Made by a program: the position numbers and the translations under genes | Shown here: one piece after another, positions 26,781 to 41,594 of the stretch | How the letters are laid out: each line of letters begins with the position of its first letter | How positions within the stretch are numbered: the first letter of the stretch is position 1 | DNA from: Mytilus edulis | Lineage: Eukaryota | Assembly (NCBI RefSeq): GCF_963676685.1 | Contig: NC_092355.1 | Span: 18,786,001 to 18,850,000, forward strand | Length of the DNA stretch: 64,000 bases | Reading direction: 5' to 3' | Notes under the pieces: model-generated | What the model was told of the DNA's origin: nothing | Databases searched by the model: none | Seen by the model: the letters and a program-made list of their open reading frames with translations, nothing else

Positions 26781-29295
26781 TGAAATACCATTATAATTCT
26801 TATTACCGGCAATCATTTTTTTTTATTTTTTTTATTGAGAATATATAAAAGTAAAATGAAACATTAAGTAACTACTCTAACGTGTACAAATCGGTTGGAA
26901 TAATTATTCTGTCGTATGAAAGAAGTCGTGTGTACATGTATTTCATTGACAAAAGAACGAGGATCACGTGACGTTGATGCACTGATACCATTCGTCTCAA
27001 CTCGGCCGATTCCGTATCCTCATCAGGAGAGTAGCGGATTCTACCGACGATTACCGAATTGTACTGATACATGCCGCCATTGTCTTATTTTTAAGTATCA
27101 AGTCCTGTCCATGATGGGGGGGGGGGGGGGGGGGGGAAATGAGGCAGTGACATCAAAGGGAACATGTTCAAATACCAACTTTTATGTTACAACAAGGGAA
27201 AAAGGTTAAAGAGTTGCAACATTCCAAGTCGAATAAATAACTTTAAGTGAACTCACATTGAGAAGGGTTATACATAAAGCAGAAAAATATTCGAAGTCGC
27301 TCAAAGTTTTTTCTTCCGGGATGCTGGTTTTGACTCAAAATCTTTTTTTCTTTCTTTCTTTTCTTTGTCTTAATCTTTGCGTTGTCTTATTTGCTCTATG
27401 CGAACAAAATCTATTCAAGTGACCCATTTGTAAATCGTCTGAGATATTCTAATTTCACTAAGACTATTCGTCTTTCCAGAATCTGATGCATTCTGGGTAA
27501 TATTTTCAAAAGCGAACACCAATACGTTGTGATTGGTAAAACGTGATAAACAATAGAAATTCAACTAATGAAATAACGTTATTTTCATATTGATGTACGC
27601 ACAATGAGATTACCCGTAGTCCTCTAGATTCCGAATTACCTGTATTGCTTTTGGGGTATAGGGACAATCAGAAAGAAAACATTGGCCGTATTTAGTAAAC
27701 AAACAATATATATATATAGAAAAAATATCTTCGTAAATTTGGACTACGCTTTTATATTATTTTATCTACAAATATGCATCTATATAAATAAGATGATCTC
27801 CCGTACTTTACTGTGCAGGTGGCTATGAGATCCCAATCAATATAATCAATATAGCTTTAGATAAAGTATGAAACCCATCTATTATACACGCAAAAAGATT
27901 ATCCAAAATATATATACTCGTTATATATTTTGTCCTGGATGCCGACTGCGAATCCAAAACTAAGATTAAGTCATGATTTTTGTGAGGGGTTAAGAACCCG
28001 CGAACTTTGTAGATAAAACAGATACGTTAATATCGACCTCTAAGTCAGAAAAAAAAGTGTTATATTATGGAATGATATAAAAAGGGGAAAGAACATTAAT
28101 ATTGCCGAGCTTTTCTCCGGTTCCGTAGCGAGTACAAATAAATTTGGTATTTTCCAACAATGTACTTAAAATGTATATTGTTTTAATCCCGAAAATCATG
28201 AGAATCGTATGTGAAACTATTGTGAATTTTACCTCGAGCTTATTCGTGAAACTCACGTGAACTCAGTTCATGAATCTCGTGTGAAACTTACGTGAATTTC
28301 ACGTAAAAAACACATGAAGTTTTTTCACGCGAAATCCACGTGAATTTTTTAAATGAATTAATTCAGATTACATACCGCGAATATAGACAATGTCCGTACA
28401 TTGTAGGAAGATATGAAATGAATTTCTACATGCATGTACGAGCTTTAGAAACAGTTAGTAAAAAGAGGCTCCTGTTTTGTAGTTAGTACATTTAATATGA
28501 GAATGGAAACGAGGAATGTGTCAAAGAGACAACAACCCGACTCAAGAGCATAAAACAACTCCAAGGCATCCAATGAGTCTTCAACATAGCTAGGAAATCC
28601 GACACCAGGATGCGGGATTCAGCTGGCTCCTAACAAAAATGTGAACTAGTATAGCGAAAATGTACATTAGAAGGCTATTTCATATTTTCCCACAATATAC
28701 GATAATTGCTTCTATTCCATAATGCAACATTTAAAGTAACAACGCGTAGTTTTCTTTTAAAACATCTCAAATTATCTCAACCATTGTTTTTTTTTTAATG
28801 AACTCAACACGGCTTTAACGCAGACCACGAGGCGGACCCCAACTTGGACTGTGACGTTAATATATAACCGTTCGCTTACAAAAGGAGCGGGATACCAAGA
28901 AACTATATATAAACGTATACTGTATACTTATTGCAGTATGATATCTGTCAACCTGTATTTATACAGTGGAAAAAAAGACAGATTTTTTCTCAGTACCGTT
29001 TAGTTTTTATGAAGCGACGCAACACCACTACTAACCGTGTATGTAATGTCTCCCTTCTTACCTAATATGTAATATAAAGGGACATAAACTCCATTACTAA
29101 CCGCGTATGACATAAGCCTCGCCTCCCTACTAACCTAATATCAAATATACACCATCTCCACGCGGACGCTTTTAACCAATCATATTCCTAGAAATGTATA
29201 GGAGGTAAGATAAATATAAATTCTTATAATATGCACGTTTCTAGACAATACGATATTATATTGATATTTATTTATTTAAATAATATTCCATTTAA

Positions 29296-29683
29296 GGAAG
29301 TTCGCTTGTCATCTTTTGGAATTTTGTCAGATTTTGGGAATCCTCTGGTTTTATCCATTTGAATGCCATAAAATAAAATTTGCCCATTGACCCCCATTTT
29401 CCGTTTTATAAATTTTTTACATGTACAATGATAAGCCATCAGTAAAAATTTAATTATTTTTTTAATATAGTTTTGAGAACTTTAACTTGTCAATGATAAA
29501 GCTATGAAAAGTCAAGAGAGAATATTTTCCCGCCAAAATATCAATGGCTATTATCTCGAAAACAAGCATATTGACCTATTATATTATAATTGTTCGCTCT
29601 TTTGATTCCTTTTATTAATCCCCTATCAATATGAACTAGTGTTTTGGAAAGTTAATTATTTTGAAACTTAGAAGCGAATTTCC
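29296..29683. mobile_element. MITE with TTAA target duplication (Kolobok-like)
   Basis: TTAA-GGAAGTTCGCTT ... AAGCGAATTTCC-TTAA. Confidence 0.75.
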
Positions 29684-32600
29684 TTAATATGCAATCATCA
29701 TATTTGTATACAAATGATATATTGTAAAATACACATATCTAAATAAAGATTTTTACTCTGTATTTTTTTTTATTGTTTATATTTTCTTCAAGAATTCAAA
29801 TTCAAATATTTTCCAATATTTCTTGATCATTTGAATTGAATTTGATGATATCGAGTCAATTACAGAAATATACATTTAAGGAGATCAATTGAACTACACA
29901 TAGAAACTTAACCGGTACTTGCAAAATGGTTGTAAGTTTCAGCATAAAATAAAACACACCAAATTACTGTAGTGAACAATATATTTTTAATCTAAATTGT
30001 GTCAAAATATTTACTTCAAACTCAAATGGTACTTCAAGTTCCATTCATTGTTTCAAAAATGTTCCAACGAAACATTTCACCCTCACTTACAATGGTATAT
30101 ACAGACAAATTCCACTAGCATTAAAAATTTCGTAAAACCAATACGGATGGTATATCGAAAGAGAGCTTAGTGATTAATCAGAATTACTTATACATGTTTG
30201 TTTATCCCAGCAACCCCTCTTCAAAGGGCACTGTGTGTTAAAAGTTGTCATTACAAGATCACTTATTGAATATCAATCTCGCGGGATTACCGTCCAAAGT
30301 TTATTAATTATCTTGCGGTTCATATCGTTGTTTGGTAACCTATACAAAACATCGTGTAATCGATCATTGAGGGGGATTTTAACACACGGATAGTATGGAT
30401 TATCTGATTAAAATCATTTTATTATTATTTTGATGTTTCACCCTTGTGTCTATTTCAATATCATTTATAATTTCAATTTTAATTTATGTGTAGGACAGAA
30501 AATGAGCTGTCATATATTCGGACACCTGCTCAGCTGTGATTTTGATTAAAACTACAAAAGAATTTCACCTATTATACTCGATCTTATTTTTGTTTGTTTA
30601 TAACTCTGATTTATTAACAGATGTTACGTAACGTCCAGTGGCAAGTATTTCAAGTACCCAGAACGTGTTTTTTCATCATTAAAAACTGAATAAAATAACA
30701 AAATCTAGGGTGTAGGAAATTTATGTGTAACGAGTTTTAGACAATGAGGCTCTCGTTAGGAATTGTAATAAAGTAGAATAAAAATTATCTGTAATATATC
30801 ATAGTCTACAAAAAGAATGGCCAATTTAAGAAGAAGTTTTTAATTTATCTAAAATAACCCACAAATCACTGCCAACCTAAAAACTACAGAAACCAAATGA
30901 ATTAATCATTATAAAAAAATGAAAATGCTTTGATCTCCAATGAGACAACTCTTCACCAGAGACGTCTGACGTAATTGTTAGCAACTTTCAGGTGGTATGG
31001 AAGTCTAAATTAGAATGTGTTCATACTTTGCCAAAACGTAGTATTTATTGATATATTTTCAAAAATATAATAGAGATGATAGGTCACCGCGCATTTTCTC
31101 AAGCTACAGGTTGTGAGAAAATGACATTTTTTGTATGGATTATACAGGAAAAAGCATCATTATGTGATTAGAAGCTAAACTAAATGATTGAATTGTTAAA
31201 TAAAATATAAGAAGATAGCTTTCAAAAACTGCTTTCAAAATATCAAAAGAAAAGATAGGGTACCCGTGCGTTTTTTCCGGCTAAAATACAAAATAGCAAA
31301 ATTCCATGTAGATTCCTTACGAAAATGCACTATTTTAGAGTTACCTCCCCTTAAAATGTCAATTCAAACATTAGAAATCAAGAAAAAAAAATCTGCACTT
31401 TTAAAAATATTAATATTGATAAGTTATAATCTAATAAATTTGTTCTTTTAAATGCAAATTATCATTAGTTTGTTGCATTCCTGCATTATAGTTTGCAGAC
31501 TTGATTGTAATCTGGTCCCTTACATTCTCTGTTTTTTACATGCAATCCAAGATACCTGCTTAAGTCATCACATAGCCGTATTAAGGTCGCCTTTAACTTC
31601 TAAGTAGAGCATCTTGGTAATTTTAAGCTATGTTTATAAAGATTTAAGATATACAATGTACGAACTATTTCGAAAATGATAGTTCAAGTATTCAAACTTT
31701 CGATTTGTTTTCTGCACAGTAAATATATCGATTAAACATATTCGTATAAGCATATATTATGTTTCAAGACAGATATTAAGAGACTGAAGTCACTGAACAA
31801 AATTTATGAAAAATTTTCATTTTAAACTTCAATGGATTGTAACATTTGGAATGCATTAAATGAAACTTTTTTTTTAATAGCCGTGAAATATTTTTCTCCA
31901 AATAGGTACATGTATTGTAAGTTTGTTCAATATTGATTCGTTTACTGGTGAATCAGGGATGCATTGACGGAATACTATAGCAGGTCCATCAAGACAACAT
32001 ACGTCTCAAATATTAATTGGTTTACTGTAGGGGAATATAATTTTCAGTAGATATAAGAAGATGTGGTATGAGTGCCGCAATGAGACAACTCTCCATCCAA
32101 GTCATATTTTGTAAAAGTAAACCATTAGTATAAAAATATATACTATTAGTGGACTGGGAAACAAGTTATTGCAACTTATATTAATCCGCGTTTCCATTTT
32201 AGGGTGCGAGTGCTGCCCTGTAAACCATTATAGGCCAAATTACGGTCTTCAACACTGAGCCTTGGCTCACACCGAATAACAAGCTATACAGGGCCACCAA
32301 AAATGACTTATGTAAACCATTCGAACGGGAAGACCAAATATATACATTATCTAGTGTTTAATAGATTTGCCTTAAAAATTTACACACTCATATAACATGT
32401 GCAAATATATTTCTGTTTATAAAAGTGATAATATTACAGTAATCTACGTCATTGTAACTTATATCTACAAACGAAAATATCAGAAAACGATAAATAACTT
32501 TAATAAATAAAACGTAAGTTTAGATTTAATAGATTTTTAATATTAAATGTTTGACAACTATTCCATCGGGACAAAGTGGTATAAATCAAAACTGCAATTT

Positions 32601-35600
32601 TATTATGTTTATACAAATTTTAGTAATAAAGAAAAGTTAATTAAGTTACCGATAAACATCATTATGTTAACAATTATTTACAAGTGGGTGTCCAGAAATG
32701 TCATCTCGTAATCTATAATAAATCTTCCATTCGGAAATTGAAAAATCAGATTTGTTAAGTAAAGTTGGTTCAAAGTACAAAATGTGTCAGTCTAACAGTT
32801 CATTCCGTAAATATATTTTTAAAAGATAGTTCCAAAAGTGTACTTGATAAATGCAAAAAAAACCTTTTAGATTGGAAGACGTGCAGCAGAGACAGTTTTA
32901 GTATATATACAAATGTCTATTATGAAAAGTAATCAGGCTTTTTCTTTACTTCATATAATGAAATTCATATGGCAATAAATGTGGTGTACGCTCATAAATT
33001 TTGGTGTACAGTTTAGAATCTTACTTAGAATACAAATGTAAAATTATGCATAGTATACACAAAGGACGAAAGAAAGACGTAAATCGCCAAAATGTTATTT
33101 TCATTCAAAATACTTTTTCTGGTTGCAAAATCACATAATATGTTCTTTATAAATTTGTATCTTATAAAATGAAAAATAACTGAGTCATTCGTCTTTCGTT
33201 TGTTTTTGTTTTGCTTGTAATATTGATATGTCATGCTTACTTTACAGGATACCTATCATATGATAGATTACAAACCACAGGAAGTAGGAATTCCAGTTTT
33301 AAACCTTGAATTTTGATATTTAAATCTAAACGATTAGATTTGATAAGAAATAGAATCATGAACACGGTAAATAAAGGAGCACATACAAGCAGCTCAATTT
33401 TTTGATGGAGTTCGCGATATTCAGTTTTCAGTTTTCTGTGTTGTGTTTTGCATATTGCTGTTTTTCTTTAATTTCGTCTTGTGTTGGCATCGTCAGTTTA
33501 TTGTCGACTTATTAATTTGAATTTTCCTTTGGTATATTTCGCCTCTTTTCTAAATATGGAGGCATATATATCAATCCACTTCTCCACCTTTTTTTCTTAG
33601 TCTTCTCATATCGAAAGTTATAAAATTACATTGTAATAATTGTCATGTCAGAGAAAAATATAAGAAATACTGTAAGCATACAAATAATTTAAAAGAGGGA
33701 CGAAAGATAGCAAAGGGACAGTCAAACTCATAAATCTAAAACAAACTGACAAACTAAAAATGAAAAAGACAAACAAACAACAGCACACATGACACAAAAT
33801 AGAAAACTAAAGAATAAACTGATATATCAATGAGTGCAGAAAATATAAGTAATAACAAATTTAAGTTACATGCCAACATATAGCTTCATTGACTATAATT
33901 ACCCAAGTATATTTGGGATTGGTTATGTAATTGTCAGTTATTGTAAATTTTACGAGTTCTTTTTATTTGTCTCTCGCGTATAAGAGGTGTTCTTAACTTG
34001 AGAATATTATTAAAGTAAACGTTGATTTACGAACTCCTAGTCACTTTAGCAAAACCTCATAAATAAAGCTATGTAAATTTTAAACAAAAAAGACGTTTTC
34101 AATTATTGATACGCTTTACTTAAACAAAACCTCGTAAATTTATTATTGTGAATTTCTAACAAAAGAAAGGCGTGCTCGACTGACATTGTTCGTAGCTACC
34201 CGATTCCACTGTCTGGGGAGAAACATAACCAAATTACAATGTTATGCTATCAATTCTTTTCTATGTCAATCTACATATTCACAAGATATACTATAATAAT
34301 CTTTCTCATCAATACCAACAAAGTCTTCGGAAATCACGTCAAAAGATTTAATTTGATCATCTATCTAGTATAAATCAATAATTTAAGGAGAATAAAAATT
34401 CCGGACAAATCTTTTAGTAAATAAATATAAGTATAAAGATTAGAAATACGGCATTTACCCCTGTATAGATGGGTATTATTAGTGAATGATTGATGTTCGG
34501 GATGAGCCGAGGGGCATACTTACTGAACTTGATATATTAAGAATTGAGAGATGATTTGTTTATCATGTTTATGGTAAAACAATTCTAATCGTTTAAATAA
34601 CGGAATATGCTTGTAACTGATGATCATAGTGTATTCAAATTACCATTGCATAAGTAATGCTTTAAGTTATCTCCTCTATTCTGGTCTGTAAAACAAAACC
34701 TCACATAAACATAAACCACTGGATTTTAACTGGCCTTCAGCAACGCCTACCGATTCAATTCAAAAATTATATTGTATCAAAAACTAAAACTTGAACGGAC
34801 TTGCTTGATTTGTTTTATTGACATCACATTTGTTTCATCCTTATTTGATACTATATCCCAACAGCATTTAAAGAATGCCAACATTTGAGGGCTCGCGTAA
34901 CCTTTTTTGATTTAATGTGATTTTCTTGATAGATGTTTGCTATAGTCTAAAGTGCGAGGTTTGGCATGCCACAAAACCAGGTTCAACCCACCATTTTTTC
35001 CTTTAAAAATGCCCTGTACCAAGTCAGGAATATGGTCATTGTTATATTATAGTTCGTTTCTGTGTGTATTACATTATAACGTTGTGTCGTTTGTTTTCTC
35101 TTATTTTTGAGTGTAAATTCACATTGCGATAAGACGTGTCACGGTACTTGTCTATCCCAAATTCATGTATTTGGTTTTGATGTTATATATATTATTCTCG
35201 TGGGATTTTGTCTATGTGTGTTACATTTTAGTGTTATGTCGTTGTTCTCCTCTTATATTTAATGCGTTTCCCTCGGTTTTAGTTTGTTATCCCGATTTTG
35301 TTTTTTGTCCATGGATTTATGAGTTTTGAACAGCGGTATACTACTGTTGCCTTATCTATACAAGTAAGCAACATGTGTTGAACCTATGGTTGCTGAATTT
35401 TATTCGACGGTATGCGAGTTGAATAGGGTAACTGATAATGATAATCTGATAGATGATCTAATTTCGGAAGCCACATTATTGTCATCATTTCTTTTTTAGA
35501 TGACAAACTAATTGAGACTAGATTTGTATAAGGAACACATAATTTAACACTTTAAATCATTTTTTTTCTCTGCAAAGCGTTATGTTTTTATCATATTTCA

Positions 35601-36419
35601 TCTAGTCATGTTCTTGTCAGTCATTACATTACTTTAACAGTTTAATGGTTTTGTAGTACTTCTTTGATGTCTTTCGGTATATTTTGAAATGTATAAATAA
35701 ACTCATCATAGATACCAGGACTAGATTTTGTATATAAACGCAGTCAAGTAGAAAAGGGGTAACAACATTCTAAAAAGTAGTATTTTGTTCTACTTATTCA
35801 GCAATAAGAGATCAGCAATGCCCAACTCAGATTTAGGTTTTTATTGATTAATTATATCTTCAGATTCTAAGATATCAATAATTGTTATAAGCAAATAATA
35901 TACTTTGTAAAGATGAATCTAATTTTGAAAATTGATTTAAATATTTTTACAGAAAATGTAAGCGTTTAGTTCAAACTGTTTCCATTATACCTCTTTTGCC
36001 AACAATATGTATGTAAAAGTATTAAATGTAGGTAAGAATTCTAATATACAAATGATCTGGAACTAAACACAATTTTGGAAATAACTTATCGACATAAAGT
36101 CCTACTATGATCATTGATATTTGGTACTTCAGAAATAAAAAAATAACAATGTTAGTGCAAGTATGTATATAGTTGTAAACAAATGGTAAAATACAAGAAT
36201 TGAATACAGGATTTTACAGATGTTTTCTATAAAAATCATGTCGGGATATTTTATATTGAACATTTTTAAATATACATGTATGGAGACACCCAACCTAACA
36301 ATGGGGAAAATCTATAACTGAATGTGCACAAAATTCAAAAGTTTTGAAGACCCTTTGTATATGATCTATGTTGAAAACAAATGTTCCATTGACATTTTTT
36401 TTTAAAGTATCTAAGTTTT

Positions 36420-36780
36420 GTTAATGTGCGTATTGTTATGCGTTTACTTTTCTACATTGGCTAGAGGTATTGAGGGGAGGGTTGAGATCTCATAAACATG
36501 TAACACCGCTGCATTTTTGCACCTGTCCCAAGTCAGGAGCCTCTGGCCTTTGTTAGTCTTGTATTATTTTAATTTTAGTTTCTTGTGTACAATTCGGAAA
36601 TTAGTATGGCGTTCATTATAATAGTGTGTATTTGCTTAGGGGCCAGCTGAAGGACGCCTCCGGGTGCGGGAATTTCTCGCTACATTGAAGACCTGTTGGT
36701 GACCTTCTGCTCTATATATTTTTCTATGGTCGGGTTGTTGTCTCTTTGACACATTCCCCATTTCCATTCTCAATTTTATT
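36420..36780. mobile_element. Abundant ~350-bp interspersed repeat (AAAATTGAGAATGGAAATGGGGAATGTG...AGACAACAACCCGACC family), fullest copy
   Basis: Further copies or fragments at ~15117, 18790, 20040, 21060-21380, 25602, 28497, 46514, 52660 and 61019. Confidence 0.75.
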
Positions 36781-37946
36781 TCAAATTGGGGGAAAATAAA
36801 TAGTTCTGAGTTTCCAAGTTTGATAAAAACTTGGGGAAATAATCCTCAAACAATCCATTAGTAGCCGGTGCACACATTTCAACCTAGCAAAAAAATGCAC
36901 TACCGCTTTGCTTGAAAACCCGACTGTCATATAATATCTAATATATATCCCTAAAGGCTAAAACAATGAATATGTCTATCAGTCAAGATAAAAATTATCT
37001 TTTTAAACCCCCTTTACCACAGAGTTGTCATTTTTTTTTATCCGTATATGACTTTTTCATGTCAACTAGGTATTTGTTCCCCTGCATAATACCCCAAATA
37101 AGAAAGGATCATACGTTTATATTTTTTCAGGAAGTTAAGCTTAGTTATAGAATAAATCATACTATCAATATTCAGAACATCAAAGCAGATGTCTCCTTGT
37201 CACAATGTAAAAGCATCAGATGCCTGTGACAACACATACAATTTATAACTTAAACAGATTTCACTTAGAACAAAACATATAGCTATATATTATAACATTA
37301 ATGAATGCTACACATTGCTTTCTGCGAAATTAGTTTAAATTTGTATAATTATATAGAAATAACAAAAATAATGAACTACAAGGAAAGTTTTAAACAGACA
37401 GACCCTTATGACATGTATCAAATGGCAAAAACCAATATCTTAAACACCTCAAAGGAATGAAAAACAACTGTCATATTCCTGTCTTCCTTTTATAGAATTC
37501 GATTGTCCCTAGTTTAATAGCTATCCAAACCTTTCACTTGTACGACAGTCGTATTGAATTCCAATATATTAACAACAATGTGTGAACGTTAGATAACGTT
37601 ATTCAATCTTCATACATTATTAGTGCATACATAAGTCATGAAGCCATATCAGTTTTAAAACTGTAAATATGAACTGTTTATATGAATCACGGTTAAAACC
37701 ATTCATCTTCAAAATATGAATTGATAGGTTTTAATGCTTTACGAATTATACTAATCTCCTTAAAAATTTAGACAAAAAGATTTTTACTTAAATAGAAAAC
37801 ATTTATTATTTAAACTAGATTTTTATGTTTCACAAAAAAGTTTACTTGCTTCTTAAACAGCACCCCTGTTTGAATTGTATGACATTCATTAATTACACAC
37901 TTGTATGCAGCCAATTTTAACTGACTAATACAAAACAAAATCACGG

Positions 37947-40826
37947 TTAATCTATTGTTTTAGACGTCGTTTTTTCCTTTGTTTCCTGCAGCAATTCAAT
38001 AGGTTTTACTGAGGCTTTGCTTGATTTGATAAGTATAACAACATTCACAATATTGATAATTGAAGATGAAAAAAACATTGCACTTGCAAATGCTGTCAGG
38101 TAGTATCCGACTGAAATGTTCTCTTTGTCCGGGTATTGATTAGCTGGATTGTCAAATAGAACTGACAGAATGGACTTGTAATGTCCCTCGTAGTAGACCA
38201 AACAAGAAACAAGAAGTCCTCCTGAAATAGTTACAATATTTTAAGCATGACACGTTACCATTATACATAATTATGTTTCAAAATATTATTGTTATTATAT
38301 TGCAGACAGTTGTACTCTTGCGTCTTGCGTCGGTAAAAAAGTGTGCTCCTATGTTATAGCAATACGATGAATACACCAGAAATATTCAGTGATTAAAAAG
38401 TTATATCATTTTTTAAGGGAAATTCCGCAAAGTAAAACGTGATAAAATACTAAATAAAAAACTATGACAGCACTTATGATTGCCGTAACTTGAAAACAAA
38501 TAGTGCGTAACTTTTTTTATTGTACCACTTGGTATGTCCGTAACTTTAGTATGAAATACTTTAAAGGAAAGGTTATCATTTTTTTCCGCGTCAACAAACG
38601 CGCTTCATTTTATAAAATTATAAAGATCTTGGTTTACGATCTATTGTACTGGTGGAAGACAAAAATAGGGAACAATTTAAAACAAATTGACGGTAAATCC
38701 GTAACACTTGGGGCTGCTTTTTTTTTTTTTTTTTTTTTTTAATAGCTGTGCTCTTTTTTCTCTTGGTTAGTTTCAGTCATTTCGTTATCAGTCTAGGTAA
38801 TACTTAAGGGCTTTAATAGTGTTTATTGTCCTTTAATTGTTGAATGAAATTGTCAATTTTACAATTTTGAAGAAAAGTTTCCCACATTCGAAATTAAAGT
38901 TACGGACAGTCTGCTTAGCTTTGACTAATAAGTTACGGACATCTAATGCATTTTTTAAAAGTTGGTCTTGCGCTTGAGTGAACTCAAAATTAATAACAAA
39001 TTGATGGTGATACTAAGATTTTCCTTATTCAATAATCCGATCAATATTCAAATAGAGCATGATAAACGTCGCAAAAAGTAGATAGTGTATCAATTATGTA
39101 TCAACGAGTTAAGAGTCCGCCATCTTGGTTACCCACAGTCGTTTAAGCACAGTGTAATACATATATAAAAGAGTACTTTTTATTTTTTTAAAATAGAAAT
39201 GAGAAAAACTATCTTCCGACAAATATGCCACACCAAGGGCATTTTCTATCGGTTTATTTATGGAGTATATTTATCTGTAAACGTATTTACTGTATATAGC
39301 TAGCTAGTCGCAAAGTATTTATACATATAATATGTTTTTCAATGTTTTAACATTAGTTTTAAATATCTGACTAAAAAGATAATTTAATTCTTATTTTTTA
39401 TATCTCTTTTTTACCTGCACATAACGAAATAACCGATGATCCTATCCTCCAGGCATTCAAAACAGCTGGTTTTCTGTTAAAAACTGGCACTAGACTGCCT
39501 ACCAAAAGGACAATAAAGGACAATAGTCCCAATCCAACAGCAGTCAGAATAAGTAGCCGTGGTATGAGTCGCCATGAATCTGCAAATAAAGATAAAATTA
39601 ATTGTTCTATTATAAAGTTTCTAAATCTAAAGTCGATCAACTCGTTAGATATTAGATAAGTATGCAAAGGTCACAAAAAATTTCAGATTCATTGTTTTGT
39701 AAATGAAGGTATTAAAGCAGTTGGATTCATATGCACTTCAGCATGTGATAGCAAATGCATCGAATAGTACAATCTCTGGGAATAATAACCAGTCTGTTCT
39801 TTTGAATATTTTGTCATTATATAAGCTCAATTGATAAATCTCTTTCCAATGCAAATCTTCATCATAGTCATTTATTCATTATTTATTCTCATTAAATCTG
39901 TTTTGTCAACTGAAAGGTTATTACTTTGTTGTTGTTGTTTGCAAAACGCTCAATGGCATAGCTTTTGCGAGAGTAAAGGGATTTTGTTGATGTTTTAAAA
40001 AGTTCAGGTGGTACATAACAATGTAGGGAGATAATCCCGTGTAAATCAGCCGAACAGTTTAATAACGTTCTTTTGTTAAGATAATATCAAGCTTTCCAAA
40101 GTTCAAAATTTGATGTTTGTCAAACTGCTCTATATTCGAATTCAATGACAATCCATCTTTCCGATAATCTTTTAATTTTTTTTTTAAATGATCAAAGAAA
40201 ATATTTTGTAAAAATCTTTTGGAAATTACACGAGCCAAATAAATCTTAGTTCAGGGTGTTTTTGAAAACACCATTTATCTGTATTTTACAGTCTTTTGTA
40301 GAAGAAACGGGCGTCTGGCGCAAATATAAAATGTCAATCCTGATATATATGATGTGTTTGTTTTAATGTAAATACATTGATATCCTCCTTCTAACCATGT
40401 ACTACACGATTGATTTTTTTTAACACAGTAACTGCAATCCGGGTTTCTATGATGAGTTTATTTAAACAACTATATCGTTTGGCTGGGTTCAGATTTAAAA
40501 TTATTTTTTTTTACTCAAAACAATGTCGTTTGAATTGAACAAAGTACATCTAGTAGAACATGTTTAAATATCTCACCGTCTCTAAACTCAGTTGGTATGA
40601 ATACTTTCGTGTACACTTGATCACCGGTTTTCCATATATCATAACTGGTCCACAAGTTTTGGTAGGCATACATATATAAAATATATCCGAATCCATAGTC
40701 TATTGCTTCATTGTAAAAAGTCCACTTAACTGACTTAGCGAGTGTGCCACTAACGACAGATATAGCTATTAATATCAAAGCGGCTGATGTTAACAAAAGT
40801 ATATGCGGTTGCGACAAACATCCCAT
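37947..40826 (-). CDS. Claudin/PMP22-superfamily-like 4-TM protein, paralog B (intact, 229 aa). Exons 40826-40577, 39579-39415, 38221-37947
   Basis: Canonical GT-AG sites, both introns phase 1, 250+165+275=690 nt open frame. Four hydrophobic segments, W...AYQNLWTSYD in loop 1, PRLLIL entering TM2, GYYLTA entering TM4. Confidence 0.88.
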
Positions 40827-40889
40827 GTTGAATAATGTGAATATTTTTTACAGTCACACGTGGTTACTATAAAAAAAAATCAAAAATGC

Positions 40890-41594
40890 TTCTCTGAATA
40901 TGAATTGATATCAGTAGACTTGAATTTAACTAAAACTTTAAAGAAATCACTAAGCAGATAACTTTTTGAATCATTAAAACTTAATCCTAGCACCTATACT
41001 ACATCTTCTAGTAAGTATATGTCTACATTAATAGCACCCTTATTTTTGTCGCAAATTTTTCAATTTCTTTACCTTTTATATACAAACGACTCATCAGGTA
41101 TCAACCTAATCTTCAAGAGAATGATAAGTTATAACGAATCAAATGTCGCTCATCATGAAGACACCGATATGCTGACCATAGTATAACAGTTACTGAGGAC
41201 AATATGTTCGTTAACCTGATGAAAGGGTTTAAGTTCACTGTTTCTACTAATCTTCGATCAATTGACCAAAGGATATAGAATGATTAAACACGATTACCCT
41301 TGACATGAAATGAACATGCTATGTGCTGAAAATAGAGGAATTGACAAAATGTCATCGATCGTCTAAGCATTAGCATTTCCCCATTATCTTTATTATATTG
41401 GATGTATTATCTAAAATAAATTGAAAAATTTGCGACAAAAATAAGATTGCTATTAATGTAGACATATACTTACTAGAAGATGTAGTATAGGTGCTAGTAT
41501 TAAGTTTTAATGATTCAAAAAGCTATCTGCTTAGTGATTTCTTTAAAGTTTTAGTTAAATTCAAGTCTACTGATATCAATTCATATTCAGAGAA
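40890..41594. repeat. Long inverted repeat: 177-bp arms (40890-41066 and 41418-41594), 351-bp spacer
   Basis: Arms are reverse complements with only a few mismatches. No target duplication seen. Confidence 0.95.

Noticed and set aside
26985-27040. CTGATGAGG...GGCCGAG on the minus strand as a second hammerhead
   Set aside because: GAAA is replaced by GAGT and no stem I or stem III pairing was found.
27116-27136. G21 run and the poly-Gly ORF 26916-27209
   Set aside because: A simple homopolymer of uncertain length. The ORF is incidental.
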